From NCBI GenBank assembly GCA_002269645.1, contig NIVC01000984.1, positions 372,001 to 436,000 on the forward strand: a stretch of DNA of 64,000 nt, given 5' to 3'. Under the pieces are notes generated by a model. The model worked only from the letters and a program-made list of their open reading frames with translations, made no database searches and was not told the DNA's origin. Positions 36,601 to 47,830 of this stretch are shown here, piece by piece. Origin of the DNA: Macrostomum lignano. Lineage: Eukaryota. How positions within the stretch are numbered: the first letter of the stretch is position 1; the number at the start of each line of letters is the position of its first letter. The position numbers and the translations under genes are program-made.

Positions 36601-39600
36601 TTTTTGTGTGATTCATGCCGCGAAGGCCAAGGCACAGAGTGTGTACCTGCACAGGCTGATTAATTCCCGCGAAGGCCAAGGCACAGAGTGTGTACCTGCA
36701 CAGGCTGATTAATTCCCGCGAAGGCCAAGGCACAGAGTGTGTACCTGCACAGGCTGATTAATTCCCGCGAAGGCCAAGGCACAGAGTGTGTACCTGCACA
36801 GGCTGATTAATTCCCGCGAAGGCCAAGGCACAGAGTGTGTACCTGCACAGGCTGATTAATTCCCGCGAAGGCCAAGGCACAGAGTGTGTACCTGCACAGG
36901 CTGATTAATTCCCGCGAAGGCCAAGGCATAGAGTGTGTACCTGCACAGGCTGATTAATTCCCGCGAAGGCCAAGGCACAGAGTGTGTACCTGCACAGGCT
37001 GATTAATGCTCGTGAGGGCCAAGGCACAGAGTGCGTTATCTGTGCATGCCACATGTGAAATCAGAGTCTGCGTACCTATCCGTGTGCGTGTGCATGCTCA
37101 CAGGTCTTTGTAGCGGGCATGACTGCTTGCCTCCTGTCTGACTAACTGAAACTCACCAGAACTCGCACCGGCCACTCGTCCGACTCAGTCTCGGCTAGCA
37201 GGGCCAGAAACTCCGCAGTGGGCGCAGCTTCCAACTCCACCAGAGACTCTTCCTCAGCTTCATCGTCGAGGCTGGGCGAGTCGGCCGCCATCTCCCGGAA
37301 ATAGTCGAGCCAGAAGGTGAACAGCCGCGTCGGCTTGGGCTGTCGGAAGCGGTGAATCAGGGCCACCTTGTCCAGGGTGAGTCGCAGGTGCCACAGCGGC
37401 GGCTCCAGACGGTGCATACAGGCGGCGGCCTGGCAGGCCTTCGGATAGTTCTCCGTCAGCACGCTGACTTCAAAGAAGGACGCCACTAGCCAGTAGTCGG
37501 TGAGTGTCTCTACAGAGCCGCGGCGTCCCAGCATCCCGTTAATTACCATGGCAACGTGCTGCAGTTCCTGGCTTTCGCCTTCGCCAGCGGCTAGCAGCAT
37601 TGTGGCCAGGTTGATTCCTGAGAATTCGTTTGGCTGGGCCTGGAACGCCTGTCTGTACCTGCAGGGAGAAGATCAGCTTGTGCCAGATACGTGATAAACA
37701 TTCTGTTCCTATCATACTTAAGAGTCAAAAGACCACTTGAGTTCAAGAGGTCAAGCTAGATAGATATAGGAAATTCGGATTTTTCGACACAAAATCCGGG
37801 ACTGTGCGAGTCTTAAATATTAAATATTCTCTCGCATATTAAATTATATTAAAGTCAAACAGACAAAGGACGCCTGAAGCCCCTGGACTTAAGTTTCGCC
37901 CCTTCGCAAAAATCCTATTGTTTAAAAAACTCAGTAGAAAAGCGTTTATGTTTATTGAAATTTGTTTTATAGAACTTATGCTGGATTTGACATCGTTTGT
38001 TGGATCTGGAGTAAATTTAGGATCTTTGGTAGGATATCGGATGTCTTCCTGTCTTATTAAACCCAATTTAGTTTTTTAATCGTTTCTAATCCAAATGGTT
38101 TGGCGGTCCACTAGCCAAAACGCACCAGTGCAGCGACAAGCTGAGAGTTTCCTTGTCCTGGCAGTCCGAATCGGTGAAGAGGTCTTTGTAAATGCGGCCC
38201 AGCAGCGCCAGCAGAGAGGGCACCGGACGGTCGGCAGCTTCCAGAGCCGCGCTGGCTACTTGAAGCGCCCGCTGGCGATCGCCAGGCAGATTGCGCCGGT
38301 TGAGAGCGAATGCGTAATAGTACTGGACCCCCTCGCTGCTGTTGTACTGCTCGCCAACGTGCTCAATAAGCGTCACCATGCCCGAGTAGTCTTGCGCCTT
38401 TCTGCGTAATCCGGTTTTACCAAACTCATTCAAATAATAATCATGAAAATATTGTTGAGCTTCGATTTTCATTTGCTAAGGATAGATTATTCGAACCTGT
38501 AAGCCAGCAGGGTGGTCAGCAGCACCTCCGTGGAAAGCAGATCCGGGTCGTCCAGACGTTCTCTCATTCCGGCCAGCCGGGCTCTCAGCTCGCCGGGCCT
38601 CATGCGCTGATTAAGAGCGGCTCGCACCTCCGCCAGGTAAGCAGCCTGGCGTCTGTAGGGAAGCGATGCAGCAGCAATGGTGGAGAGGGGAGACTTCCAG
38701 CGGAGGATTAGGAAGAGCAGATGAGGATCAAGAAGAGCAGATGAGGATCAGAAAGAGCATATGAGGATCAGGAAGAGCATATGAGGATCAGGAAGAGCAG
38801 ATGAGGATCAGAAAGAGCAGATGAGGATCAGAAAGAGCATATGAGGATCAGGAAGAGCAGATGAGGATCAGAAAGAGCAGATGAGGATCAGAAAGAGCAT
38901 ATGAGGATCAGGAAGAGCAGATGAGGATCAGAAAGAGCAGATGAGGATCAGAAAGAGCATATGAGGATCAGAAAGAGCAGATGAGGATCAGAAAGAGCAT
39001 ATGAGGATCAGGAAGAGCAGATGAGGATCAGAAAGAGCAGATGAGGATCAGAAAGAGCATATGAGGATCAGGAAGAGCAGATGAGATTCAGGAAGAGCAG
39101 TAGATGATCAGGAAGAGCAGTAGATGACCAGAAAGAGCAACAGATGATCAGGAAGAGCAGCGGATGATCAGATAAGGCGAGTAGGACTCGAACCTGGCCA
39201 AGGCGGACCGTCGCTGCTCCTTCACCAGCCGTTTCAATCGGCCGTAGAGCCGACCGCCGCCGCCGCCGGCGCCATCAGGCAGGACAATGCAGTGCCGCCG
39301 ACCGCTCGGCCCCGTGCCAACCGAGCCAGTCGGGCTCGCGGCGGCCACGGTGTAGGCTACGAGACGGTCAGACTCAGACAGCATCGACTGTTTGACAGAA
39401 GGGATCATCGAGGTAGAAATTAGGAGAAGAGGACGATAAATCTTAGAACGCCAGGAGCTCGCTCAATGCACTATTACGTACAGCAATAAAGATTTGCTTA
39501 AGTGAATGCAGCGCTGAACTTAAAAATGTTCAAAAACTGCTAGCAAAATTTGTAGATCAAAATTTCCATATAAATTTTCGAATTTACTATGCCAGCATTG

Positions 39601-41326
39601 TGGGAGCTGTCACTCCCGAAACCGGAAATTTCATAAATCTGTAAATTTCGTAATAACAAAATTGCCCGAACTTTGAATAATTCTGTCCATTCTGCTCACT
39701 CCCAGGCACATGCAAGCGCGCCAATGCTGTACGCAGACACGAACTCATGCAAACGCTCACACAGGGTGTACAGCGGCCATTTGAATTTCGGATCGTCAGG
39801 CATGTACACTCTGTGTACCTTAGAGATTGGCGCTCATGGGTGTGAATCGCAACATGTACCAATCGGCTAATTTTCGCGCACGGAATCGGTCAGACGCGCA
39901 CGTTTAGCACTGAGCTGCCAGCTAATTTTGCACTCACCCGCACAGACTCCGTGTCCTCAGCGCCTGAGTGCCAAAGCAGAGCCACATTGCCAAGCAGTCC
40001 CATGCTGGTGCGAACCTTCATCTGGTGCAGCAGGGTTAACCGCTGTGCCTGCCCAATGGGACATAATCAGGAGGACGGAAAAGTAAGAAGTGACACTGCG
40101 CGTGCAATCTACGGCAGTACATGGTTACAGACGATTAAGCAAAACCACGGACCAGATTAATTGCTTCCGGGTTTATATTGTCAAGGAAAATGCAAGAGTA
40201 CATTTAGTAATCACCTGCGTGTTATTAGCCTACGTTTGATAAATTAGAAAAGCAAACACAGGAGTAACCAAGGTTAAAAATAGGAAATGAAGTTACGAAG
40301 TTAAGAGATCAGCCGTATTACTTTAAAAATTCAAACGTGTTTCAGCTGCTACAAGCTGTTATAATACTGCGTTTGCATGAAATCTGATGCATGCATAGTC
40401 ACTGCAGAGTGATCATTAGTGCTAGCATTAACCCTTAGAACTTGCTACATTCTTGACAGGGACTGAAGCACCTTCAGTACCTTGATAGTCATGTCCACAA
40501 TGGCCACATCGGAATTGAAGAAATCCTGCAGCGCCTTCGTGCTACCATACTCAAGATGACTGTACTCAACCTTGCGGCAGGTGAGGCCAAGCCTGCAGAA
40601 TGCAAATCGTTATAAAATGCGAGGATTTTTGGAGCCAAGTTTATTGTTTCAAGCTGAAATTTCCGACCCTATAAAAGGTAGCTATTTGTTTACAGTATAT
40701 CGATTGCAGAAATTACAGATACAAATGCATCAATTTTGCATGCTATCTATGTTTAGTGTCATAGCATGTGTTATGAAAAAAACAAATTTCATTTCGGCAT
40801 CCTTAATTTGGACCCCACGGATGCCAAATTGGTCGCCTGTTTTCTGATCCGGATGCCCATTAATATAAGTTCAGTATTTTCGCAACTTCAGTGGGGTCAG
40901 CAATGTACAGGGTAGGGTAGAGATGTTGGCATTTTTTATTTTAAAATTTTCTGGCCGATGTCAGCTGGCAAACGGGTTTTCAATTCGGTATCCGGAATTT
41001 GATGCTGACGCTTGCACATAGCAGTAAATACATACATGGTACTTATTTTTTGCCTGGAAGCTCTTTGGTTGATAAAATTTTCGAGTGAATACTCGTTAGG
41101 GTTTTTTATTTAACCCCAGCATGCCATAGTTAGAAGCATTAGACAATAGTTAGGCAGCAGATTAGACACAGCAAATAGGCTCCGAGATTAACACAGCGCG
41201 CACCAACCTGCTGCATATCAGCTGCACATCGGCCAAGGCCGTTCGCATGGCCAACTGCAACCTGTCGCCATCGCCAACCGTCTGCTTCTGCTGGGTAACC
41301 ACGCAAACCGTTTGCAGCAGCTCCAT
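27658..41326 (-). CDS. MAP3K5: Apoptosis signal-regulating kinase (ASK1/MAP3K5/MAP3K15 family), ~1120 aa after frameshift correction
   Basis: 14 exons: 41326-41208, 40592-40481, 40048-39938, 39387-39194, 38652-38497, 38401-38126, 37658-37157, 35838-35428, 34543-34385, 32860-32458, 30362-30175, 29880-29518, 29390-29087, 27721-27658. Motifs: N-terminal [42 protein letters not shown]-like region, [47 protein letters not shown] domain ending [13 protein letters not shown]. Paralog assignment within the ASK family is uncertain. Confidence 0.93.
27795..29052 (+). repeat. ~33-34 bp degenerate minisatellite with higher-order duplication in ASK last intron
   Basis: Unit approximately gattttgagacaccaaaaaccctcaaatcgggca; block ~27870-28260 recurs at ~28680-29040. 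Confidence 0.93.
29962..30103 (+). repeat. 29-bp minisatellite in ASK intron 11
   Basis: 5 copies of ggaactgaggagctactaaatacccaggt. Confidence 0.95.
31043..32179. mobile_element. Probable non-autonomous TIR element related to 8031-9169, in ASK intron 10
   Basis: Left end GGGTCTACGACA is identical to 8031. Right end on the minus strand is GGGTCGGCGATTTGACTATTGACAAAATGACTGTGGACAAAA, matching left subterminal acaatgactgtggacaaaa. Contains a 13-bp array (ttggagcaactgg x5, 31329-31399). No TSD seen. Confidence 0.5.
32950..33080 (+). mobile_element. tRNA-derived SINE-like element in ASK intron 9 (antisense to gene)
   Basis: GCTCAGCGGTAAAC...AAGCCCTGGTTCGATTCCTG...agccgctgtg...gagtgcgtgcctgcgcacagta, homologous to 24185-24420. 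Confidence 0.6.
34875..35398. mobile_element. MITE with ~30-bp TIRs and internal ~170-bp tandem duplication, ASK intron 8
   Basis: ggccttcttgaactttaggtacgtaaaata ... tattttatctacctaaagttcaagaaggcc; internal duplicate at ~34967-35105 and ~35137-35278. Confidence 0.7.
36618..37035 (+). repeat. 49-bp minisatellite in ASK intron 7
   Basis: About 8.5 copies of cacagagtgtgtacctgcacaggctgattaattcccgcgaaggccaagg. Confidence 0.96.
38712..39170 (+). repeat. 20-bp minisatellite filling ASK intron 4
   Basis: About 22 copies of g(g/a)aagagca(g/t)atgaggatca. Confidence 0.96.
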
Positions 41327-42065
41327 CTAGCTCGGATCGAGAGCAATCGAGTGGCGCTACCGGCACGTCAGTCAGACGGAAGCTGAATTTTGATAGACAA
41401 ATGCAGTGTCTAATCATCGGCTTACTTTTTTAAAGATCTATCGGCCTATCGATGACCTACTGGTGGTTAGAATTTAATCAAGAGTTTTTGGAAATGTCGC
41501 TTAACCCATAAAAAACACTACTGAGATACTGAGATATGAGACTTACTTATTTTCTCAACACAAAAATACGAGCCAGCAGCAACAGTTCTTAAAGAAAACC
41601 TTAAAATCTTTTCTACGTTATGTCCCTGAAATTAATTAGCAACGAGATGCAATTCTGATTACGGGTCCTGAGCTGGCTAAAACTTTGAAAACTAACACTA
41701 ACCTTGGGACCGGACTGCTGGCTGGACCTAGTCCACATAATTAATAGCACTTCTGGGACAGTCGGATAAAATCAAATAAGCCATAAACAAGGTAACACGA
41801 AAAAACTTTTTTTTTCACTTCAATTCACGAAAGACTCGCGAAGCCCTCGTCTATTTTCGGGCAGATTTTTCATTATTTCCCAAAGAAAAACTCAGGGAAA
41901 ATTTTAGAAAAAGGGCAGAACGCGCAAGAAACGCCAGTCGCTAAACTTTGCTTACTATTTTTTGTTTCAGTGAATTTTTCTCTTTTTTTATATCAGAATG
42001 CGATTTTGCAACTTTTTCATATGGTCTCCCCGCGTGAAGAACTAGCTGCAGAGCACACGCAGAGC

Positions 42066-42842
42066 CTAGCCAATCAGAAAGCAGTCGCCAATAGCCAACA
42101 CAGTTGGCGACTCGTCTGGGATCAGCTGTTGCAATCGTTGAACACTGCTGGAACTGGCGTGGCCAAACTGCTGCTGCTGCTGTTCCGGCTGTACTGGGCG
42201 ATGCCGCTGAGTTCCGGACAGCCGGCGCACGTAGCTGGCATCCGACTCCAGCTGGGCCAATAAAGCACGCAGCTTGCTAACCCGTCGGCGAGCTTTAATC
42301 TGAGCTATAGTGTTAGCGAGATAGGCGGCCGTCTCTGTTAGTATCTTGCGGTGCGTGGCCCGCTTAATGCCCTGCAGATTCGGCACGGCCGTCTGCAGCT
42401 TCCCATAAAGATCGATGAAGCGCTCTCGCCTGACCCGCTCGCGATGATGCGAATAGGTCCGGTTGCTACCCGAGCCGCGGCTCGATTGGCGGCCGGCGCT
42501 GTTCTGCTGATTAGCGTCGTTTCCTCGAGCTCGTCCGGCGCCGTTTCGACGCCGCTGACGCCCGCAGCCGTTAGCGGCGGCTGCTGCCGCGGCGGCGGCC
42601 GCGAAAATCTCCGGATCGTTGACAAACTCGATGCCGTCGTCGATGCGACCGCTGGTGCCAAGGAAAGCAGCGGCCGCGGCAGCCGCTTCAGCCTCGTTGC
42701 CGGCCGCAGCGACGTCCAGTTGGAATTCTTCATCGTCGTATTCTGCCTCGTCATCTTCCTCCTCTTCGGGGTCAGAGTTGTCGCGAGGGCAGGCCTCGGA
42801 CGATGACACGGAGCAGGCGCCGCTGTCTGACGTCAGGCTCAT
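42066..42842 (-). CDS. Intronless bHLH-ZIP transcription factor of the Myc/Max/Mad network, divergent (258 aa)
   Basis: Basic region SHHRERVRRE, helix 1 FIDLYGKLQTAVP, loop NLQGIKRA, helix 2 THRKILTETAAYL, short leucine-rich extension; N-terminal acidic tract and poly-Ala. Confidence 0.75.
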   Translation of the reverse strand: MSLTSDSGACSVSSSEACPRDNSDPEEEEDDEAEYDDEEFQLDVAAAGNEAEAAAAAAAFLGTSGRIDDGIEFVNDPEIFAAAAAAAAAANGCGRQRRRNGAGRARGNDANQQNSAGRQSSRGSGSNRTYSHHRERVRRERFIDLYGKLQTAVPNLQGIKRATHRKILTETAAYLANTIAQIKARRRVSKLRALLAQLESDASYVRRLSGTQRHRPVQPEQQQQQFGHASSSSVQRLQQLIPDESPTVLAIGDCFLIG

Positions 42843-43612
42843 CCTTCCACTTCTGTGGGCGGGGTGGCGTTAGTCAACTTTAACTAAAAACCGACAAAAA
42901 GTTGTATCGTAGAACGGGAATTCCCCAGCTAAGTTTAGTGGCTACCGAACAGAGGGACGCAAGCGTGTATAAATACGAGTATTCGATGACACAGGCTAGT
43001 TAGTTGGGCAACCCGCCGCCAGCGAGCAGGTCAAGCAGTCATGGCCATCCTGCTGAGCATTGAGCATGCACACACACACGGTACTCAGACACACGCTCCC
43101 ATGGGGTGTATAGCGCCGCTGACTCTCTCATCGTCGGAAAGTGTGAAAACGCTCCGCACCTTGGGAGTTGGCCCTCAATATAGACGTGTGCGTGGTCAAG
43201 CCTAGGTAATTTGGTGCGAGAATCAGATACGTTGCCGCGGTTACATTTGGTCTCTTGTGCCGTAGTACTCCTGTCTTATGACTAAGCAAAAATGCACCAA
43301 CTTGTTAGCCTAAACACTAATAATAAATGAAAAGACAAAAAATAAAAAATCAGCAACGATAAAATTGATAACTTGACAGAACAGTGACTGTTCACTTTGC
43401 TTTCTGAGCACGGTATAATATAGGTGAAGACTAAAGTAATCGGCATAAATCTAATGAGCAAAGGTGCTTGAGTAAACATGCTACATTACTCAAGTAGAAT
43501 ACAACAATACCAAGCAAAAGCATTTTCATCAGAAATTCAAAACAGCATATGACAATCTGTTTGCTAAAAATGACAAGTAGCTCGTATCAGCAATATCCCT
43601 CAGTCCCCTCAG

Positions 43613-44383
43613 TCACTGCCGGGCATCGGGCGGCCTTTCCCCGCCGGGAGACTCCAGCCGACTCTCCAGCCGTTCAAACTCTTCTCGGCCCAATCGCTCC
43701 AAGTCGTCCTCGTCGTCAACGGATTCAACGGCTTCCACCTCGGGTACGTAGAACTGCAGCATGTTCTGCACGCCCATCTTGAGTGTCACCGTGCTGCTGG
43801 GGCAGGAGGTGCAGGCGCCCTGCAGCTTCAGCCGGACAACTCCGCGTTTGTAGCCACGAAAGAGAATGTCGCCACCGTCTTCTTGAACTGTTGGCCGGAT
43901 GCGAGTGTCTAGGAGCTCCTTGATCATTGCCACGGTGTCGGCGTCTTCTGGTGACACGGGCTCCTCCGTCTCGCCCGCAGCTCCGGCCGCATTGCCGCCA
44001 GCACTGTCCGACTCTTCAGCAATGACCGGCTGTCCGCTAGCGTAGAAGTCCATGATGGCAGCGAAGGCCTCGGCTTTGATGACTTTCCAATCAGCAGAGT
44101 CAGCTTTGGTCACTGTGACGAATTCCGGGCCAAGGAAGACGCCAGAGACGCCCTGGACGCGAAACAGACGCCTGGCCAGGGGCGACGCCTGCGCTGCTGA
44201 CCGGCTGGGAAAGTCGCGAGTTGAACCAGCCGGCAGCACCTCTTTGCCAGGCAACAGCTTCACGCTGTTAGGGTTCGGCGTGTCCTCAGTCTGGATGAAC
44301 AACAGGCGGCGGCCCAATGCTGAGAGCCAGGGCTGGCAATTCTGGGCTCGCAGCAGGCATTGACTTGCACGAGATGACAGCAT
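43613..44383 (-). CDS. NFU1: NFU1 mitochondrial Fe-S cluster scaffold (256 aa), intronless
   Basis: Arg/Ser/Leu-rich presequence, [18 protein letters not shown] (Nfu_N), [20 protein letters not shown] and [30 protein letters not shown] (NifU domain with CxxC). First ATG is 44383; the ORF-track start is an upstream GTG. Confidence 0.97.
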   Translation of the reverse strand: MLSSRASQCLLRAQNCQPWLSALGRRLLFIQTEDTPNPNSVKLLPGKEVLPAGSTRDFPSRSAAQASPLARRLFRVQGVSGVFLGPEFVTVTKADSADWKVIKAEAFAAIMDFYASGQPVIAEESDSAGGNAAGAAGETEEPVSPEDADTVAMIKELLDTRIRPTVQEDGGDILFRGYKRGVVRLKLQGACTSCPSSTVTLKMGVQNMLQFYVPEVEAVESVDDEDDLERLGREEFERLESRLESPGGERPPDARQ

Positions 44384-45775
44384 GGTAGCGTTGCTTAGCA
44401 CTGAAGTTGAGTCATAATGCTATCAATGTAGAAACCTGTTGGCTTAGGCCTTAAGCACAATTAGTATTTTTATAATGTCTGTAGACTTTAGCTTTATGTT
44501 CAAGCTTAATACTTACTAGTAATAAGCAAAGCTTTTGAATCTTAAAATAAGTTTGAAGGAGATTTAACAGCAGATAGTAGTCCACTTTTCTGAAGGGTTT
44601 TTTTTAAATTTCATATAAAACTGCAAACAGTGTGTATTCTCACTAGAATAAAAATAGTTCTATAAATAAAAGTCATTTGCCATTAGTGTAATTAAGAGCC
44701 TTATCTTTAATATAGGCTAAAGTGTTTAGGCCTACAAAAATATAGTTAGGGTTAATAAAAATAATAGATAGGAAAAATGGGTTTTGCCTTTTTTAAATAT
44801 ACACAAGCAATTTTTAAATATATTAATATATATACACATAACTTTTGTGTCTAAATGTATAAGTATATTATCTTTATATTAGCATTATATCAAAATGATA
44901 TACTTCACTTATCTATAGATATTATATAAGAAATTTGTTTGTTGCAGGGCCTAGGATTTAATTTATACACCTTACCTTTAACCCCCTAGTCAATAATTAG
45001 GCCTATCTACATAAAGTATTACTACTATTAACTACTATTAGTAACACAATGAGCACTTGCATAGAATTTTACCGTTTTATTCAATTTTAAAATATGAAAG
45101 CCACTATATCTTCTATTTTAGTGACATAGTTTTAATGAAAAAGATAACATCTTCTATATACTAAAAATGAATATGTCTGTATGTAAATGACAGCCTAGTA
45201 GAAAAATGGCTAGATGGATTCTCACCTGACTTGAGCCAATGGATTGGAAATATTATGCAGAGTGTCAATGTGGGGTTTAAATGTTTAATTTCAATTAAGA
45301 AATTGGTGAAAATGTACAAAAACCTGTTTTTCCTATCTAATTAGTGTATTTTTCTCGCAGTGAGAGCTTAATATGTCTATGGCCATAGACTAAACTTCAA
45401 TTTCTTGAGCTGATGCTACAAGCTATAAATAATTAAATATTTCTCACAGTGAGAGCTCAATAAAATGTGTAATAAACCAGTGAAACGAGGAGATTTTGCC
45501 ATAGAGTAGTATCTCAGAGTTTCAGTGGGTTATTTTAATTTAATCAACAGCCTGTGAGCCTCCAGGCAATCTATATTTAGCACGAGTTAATCTCCGGCGG
45601 AGATTTAAATCTCCGCTCCCTGTATTGTCTATGGTAAAATACTAAGTCTAAATCAAAGAGGACTGATGGTTTGGGAAGAGAGAAGCAGGCTGTGAAATAA
45701 ACAAGCCACAAATTTTACCAAAATGGAGGAGCTAACCGCTGATGATTGTAATGGAAGTGATGCGAACGATTACCA

Positions 45776-46285
45776 ATGAAGAAGCGTCTACAGTGCAAAG
45801 CACTAGCACCAACATTGACATCCGGCTTGCCGAATTTAGAGTCGCGAATTCCAAAAACAATGGCCACAAAGGTTTGTAGCAATTGGAATAAACTGTGCGC
45901 TTGGTATACTGACTGGCGAGTGCGCCAAACTGCTCAGTTGAAAGTTGTGAAGGATATGTTCGAGTGGAGCAAGAAGGAATGGGACTATGTGCTGCAGTGC
46001 TTTCTGCTTGAACTGCGCAAGGACAACGGAGATATATGTACCCGCCTGCCACAATCAAAGGTTTTGTCGCCAGTATCCAGTTCCACCTACAAACAAAGTT
46101 TCTGCATGATTGGTCCATCTTCAAGGACAACGAGTTTGTCCTAACCAGGCAGTGCATCGACGCCGCCATGAAATTGAGTGCCAAATCAGGTTTTCATCTT
46201 ACACCAAAGTGAGCGAGGGTAATCGGCCTAGACGAAGAAGTGCAACTATGTGCAGAGGGACGTTTTGGAATGTCTAATCCGACAG
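45776..46285 (+). pseudogene. Crypton-type tyrosine recombinase remnant (N-terminal half, DUF3504/KCTD1-ZMYM related)
   Basis: Joined across a frameshift at ~46035: LQCFLLELRKDNGDI/YPPATIKGFVASIQFHL...WSIFKDNEFVLTRQCIDAAMKLSAKSG...*ARVIGLDEEVQLCAEGRFGMSNP. This matches the F-x-x-E-x-RK-x-x-G-x-x-Y...I-x-LD-x-E-x-x-L...G pattern. In-frame TGA at ~46210; catalytic C-terminus absent. Confidence 0.75.
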
Positions 46286-46540
46286 TTTGTCTATGGTAGC
46301 GGAGTTGACGCTACCAATAATCTCCGCGAGCTTAACACTAGGGACATAGGCAAGGCAAACAGGCAAAGTTGATTAAATAATAATATGTCTATGGCCATAG
46401 AATAAGCTTCAACTTATTTAGCTGATGCTACGAGCTATAAATAATTAAATATGAGGATTCAAAAATATACTTTTTTGCATAAAGGAAGATATCAGCCAAT
46501 GCACTTTGAAAGTATTGAAGTAGTGCGCCACAATGTCTAA

Positions 46541-47042
46541 GGGATGCTTTCTGTCTGGAGGATGCTTGCTGTCAGGGGGATGCTTGCTGTCTGGGGGATG
46601 CTTGCTGCTATCTGGGCAATGCTTGCTATCTGGGGAATGCCCACTGTCTGGGGGATGCTTGCTGTCAGGGGGATGCTTGCTGTCTGGGAGATGCTTGCTT
46701 TCTGGGTGATACTTGCTGTCTGGGGGATGCTTGCTGCTATCTGGGGATGCTTGCTATCAGGGGGATGCTTGCTGTCTAGGGGATGCTTGCTGCTATCTGG
46801 GGGATGCTTGCTGCTATCTGGGGGATGCTTGCTGTCTGGGGGATGCTTGTTACATTATATCATTACATTCTTTCTTTGCTCTGCTGTCTGGGGGGAGCAA
46901 TGCTGTTTGGAGGATGCTTGCTGTCTAGCTCTGGGGGATTGCTTGCTATCTAGGGGATGCTTGCTGTCTGGGTGCAAGGAGATTCAGGGGATTACAAGGG
47001 ATGTTTGCTGTCTAGGGATGCTTGCTATCTGAGGGATTGCTT
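46541..47042 (+). repeat. 18/21-bp degenerate minisatellite (gatgcttgctgtctgggg)
   Basis: Repeated unit visible; explains the MLAVWG periodic ORF. Confidence 0.93.
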
Positions 47043-47244
47043 GCTACATTAATTACATCCCCCAGATGCTTCATTAATAATTACATTCTTTCTTTGCTCC
47101 CCAATGGGGGACACACATTGCATAGCAAGCATCTTTGTCCTTGACAATTTTACTTGAATATATACTAAAGTTGAAAATGTTTGTTTATATAATCTGCATC
47201 TCTTTTCAAAGTGTTTGACATACAGACATGGGATTTGCACCTTA

Positions 47245-47830
47245 CAGTGACCAATGCCACCTTACAGACAATGACCAATGCCACCTTACAGACAATGACC
47301 ATTGACCAATGCCACCTTACAGACAGTGACCAATGCCACCTTATAGACAGTGATCAATGCCACCTTACAGTCACTGACCAATGCCACCTTATAGACAGTG
47401 ACCAATGCCACCTTATAGACAGTGACCAATGCCACCTTACAGACAATGACCAATGCCACCTTACAGACAATGACCAATGCCACCTTACAGACAATGACCA
47501 ATGCCACCTTACAGACAGTGACCAATGCCACCTTATAGACAGTGATCAATGCCACCTTACAGTCACTGACCAATGCCACCTTATAGACAGTGACCAATGC
47601 CACCTTATAGACAGTGACCAATGCCACCTTACAGACAGTGACCAATGCCATCTTACAGACAGTGACCAATGCCACCTTATAGACAGTGATCAATGCCACC
47701 TTACAGTCACTGACCAATGCCACCTTATAGACAGTGACCAATGCCACCTTACAGACAGTGACCAATGCCACCTTACAGACAATGACCAATGCCACCTTAC
47801 AGACAGTGACCAATGCCATCTTACAGTCAA
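47245..47830 (+). repeat. 24-bp minisatellite (gaccaatgccaccttacagacagt)
   Basis: About 24 copies with a recurring gatcaatgccaccttacagtcact variant; explains the DQCHLxDx periodic ORF. Confidence 0.96.

Noticed and set aside
36440-36733. Possible missing ASK exon between exons 7 and 8
   Set aside because: Exons 7 and 8 join in phase 0 without it, and no frame here resembles ASK; a micro-exon cannot be excluded without cDNA.
42338-44363. Antisense and alternative-frame ORFs over the bHLH and NFU1 genes
   Set aside because: Expected shadow ORFs of GC-rich coding sequence.
46544-47032. Hydrophobic MLAVWG repeat membrane protein
   Set aside because: Translation of an 18-bp minisatellite.
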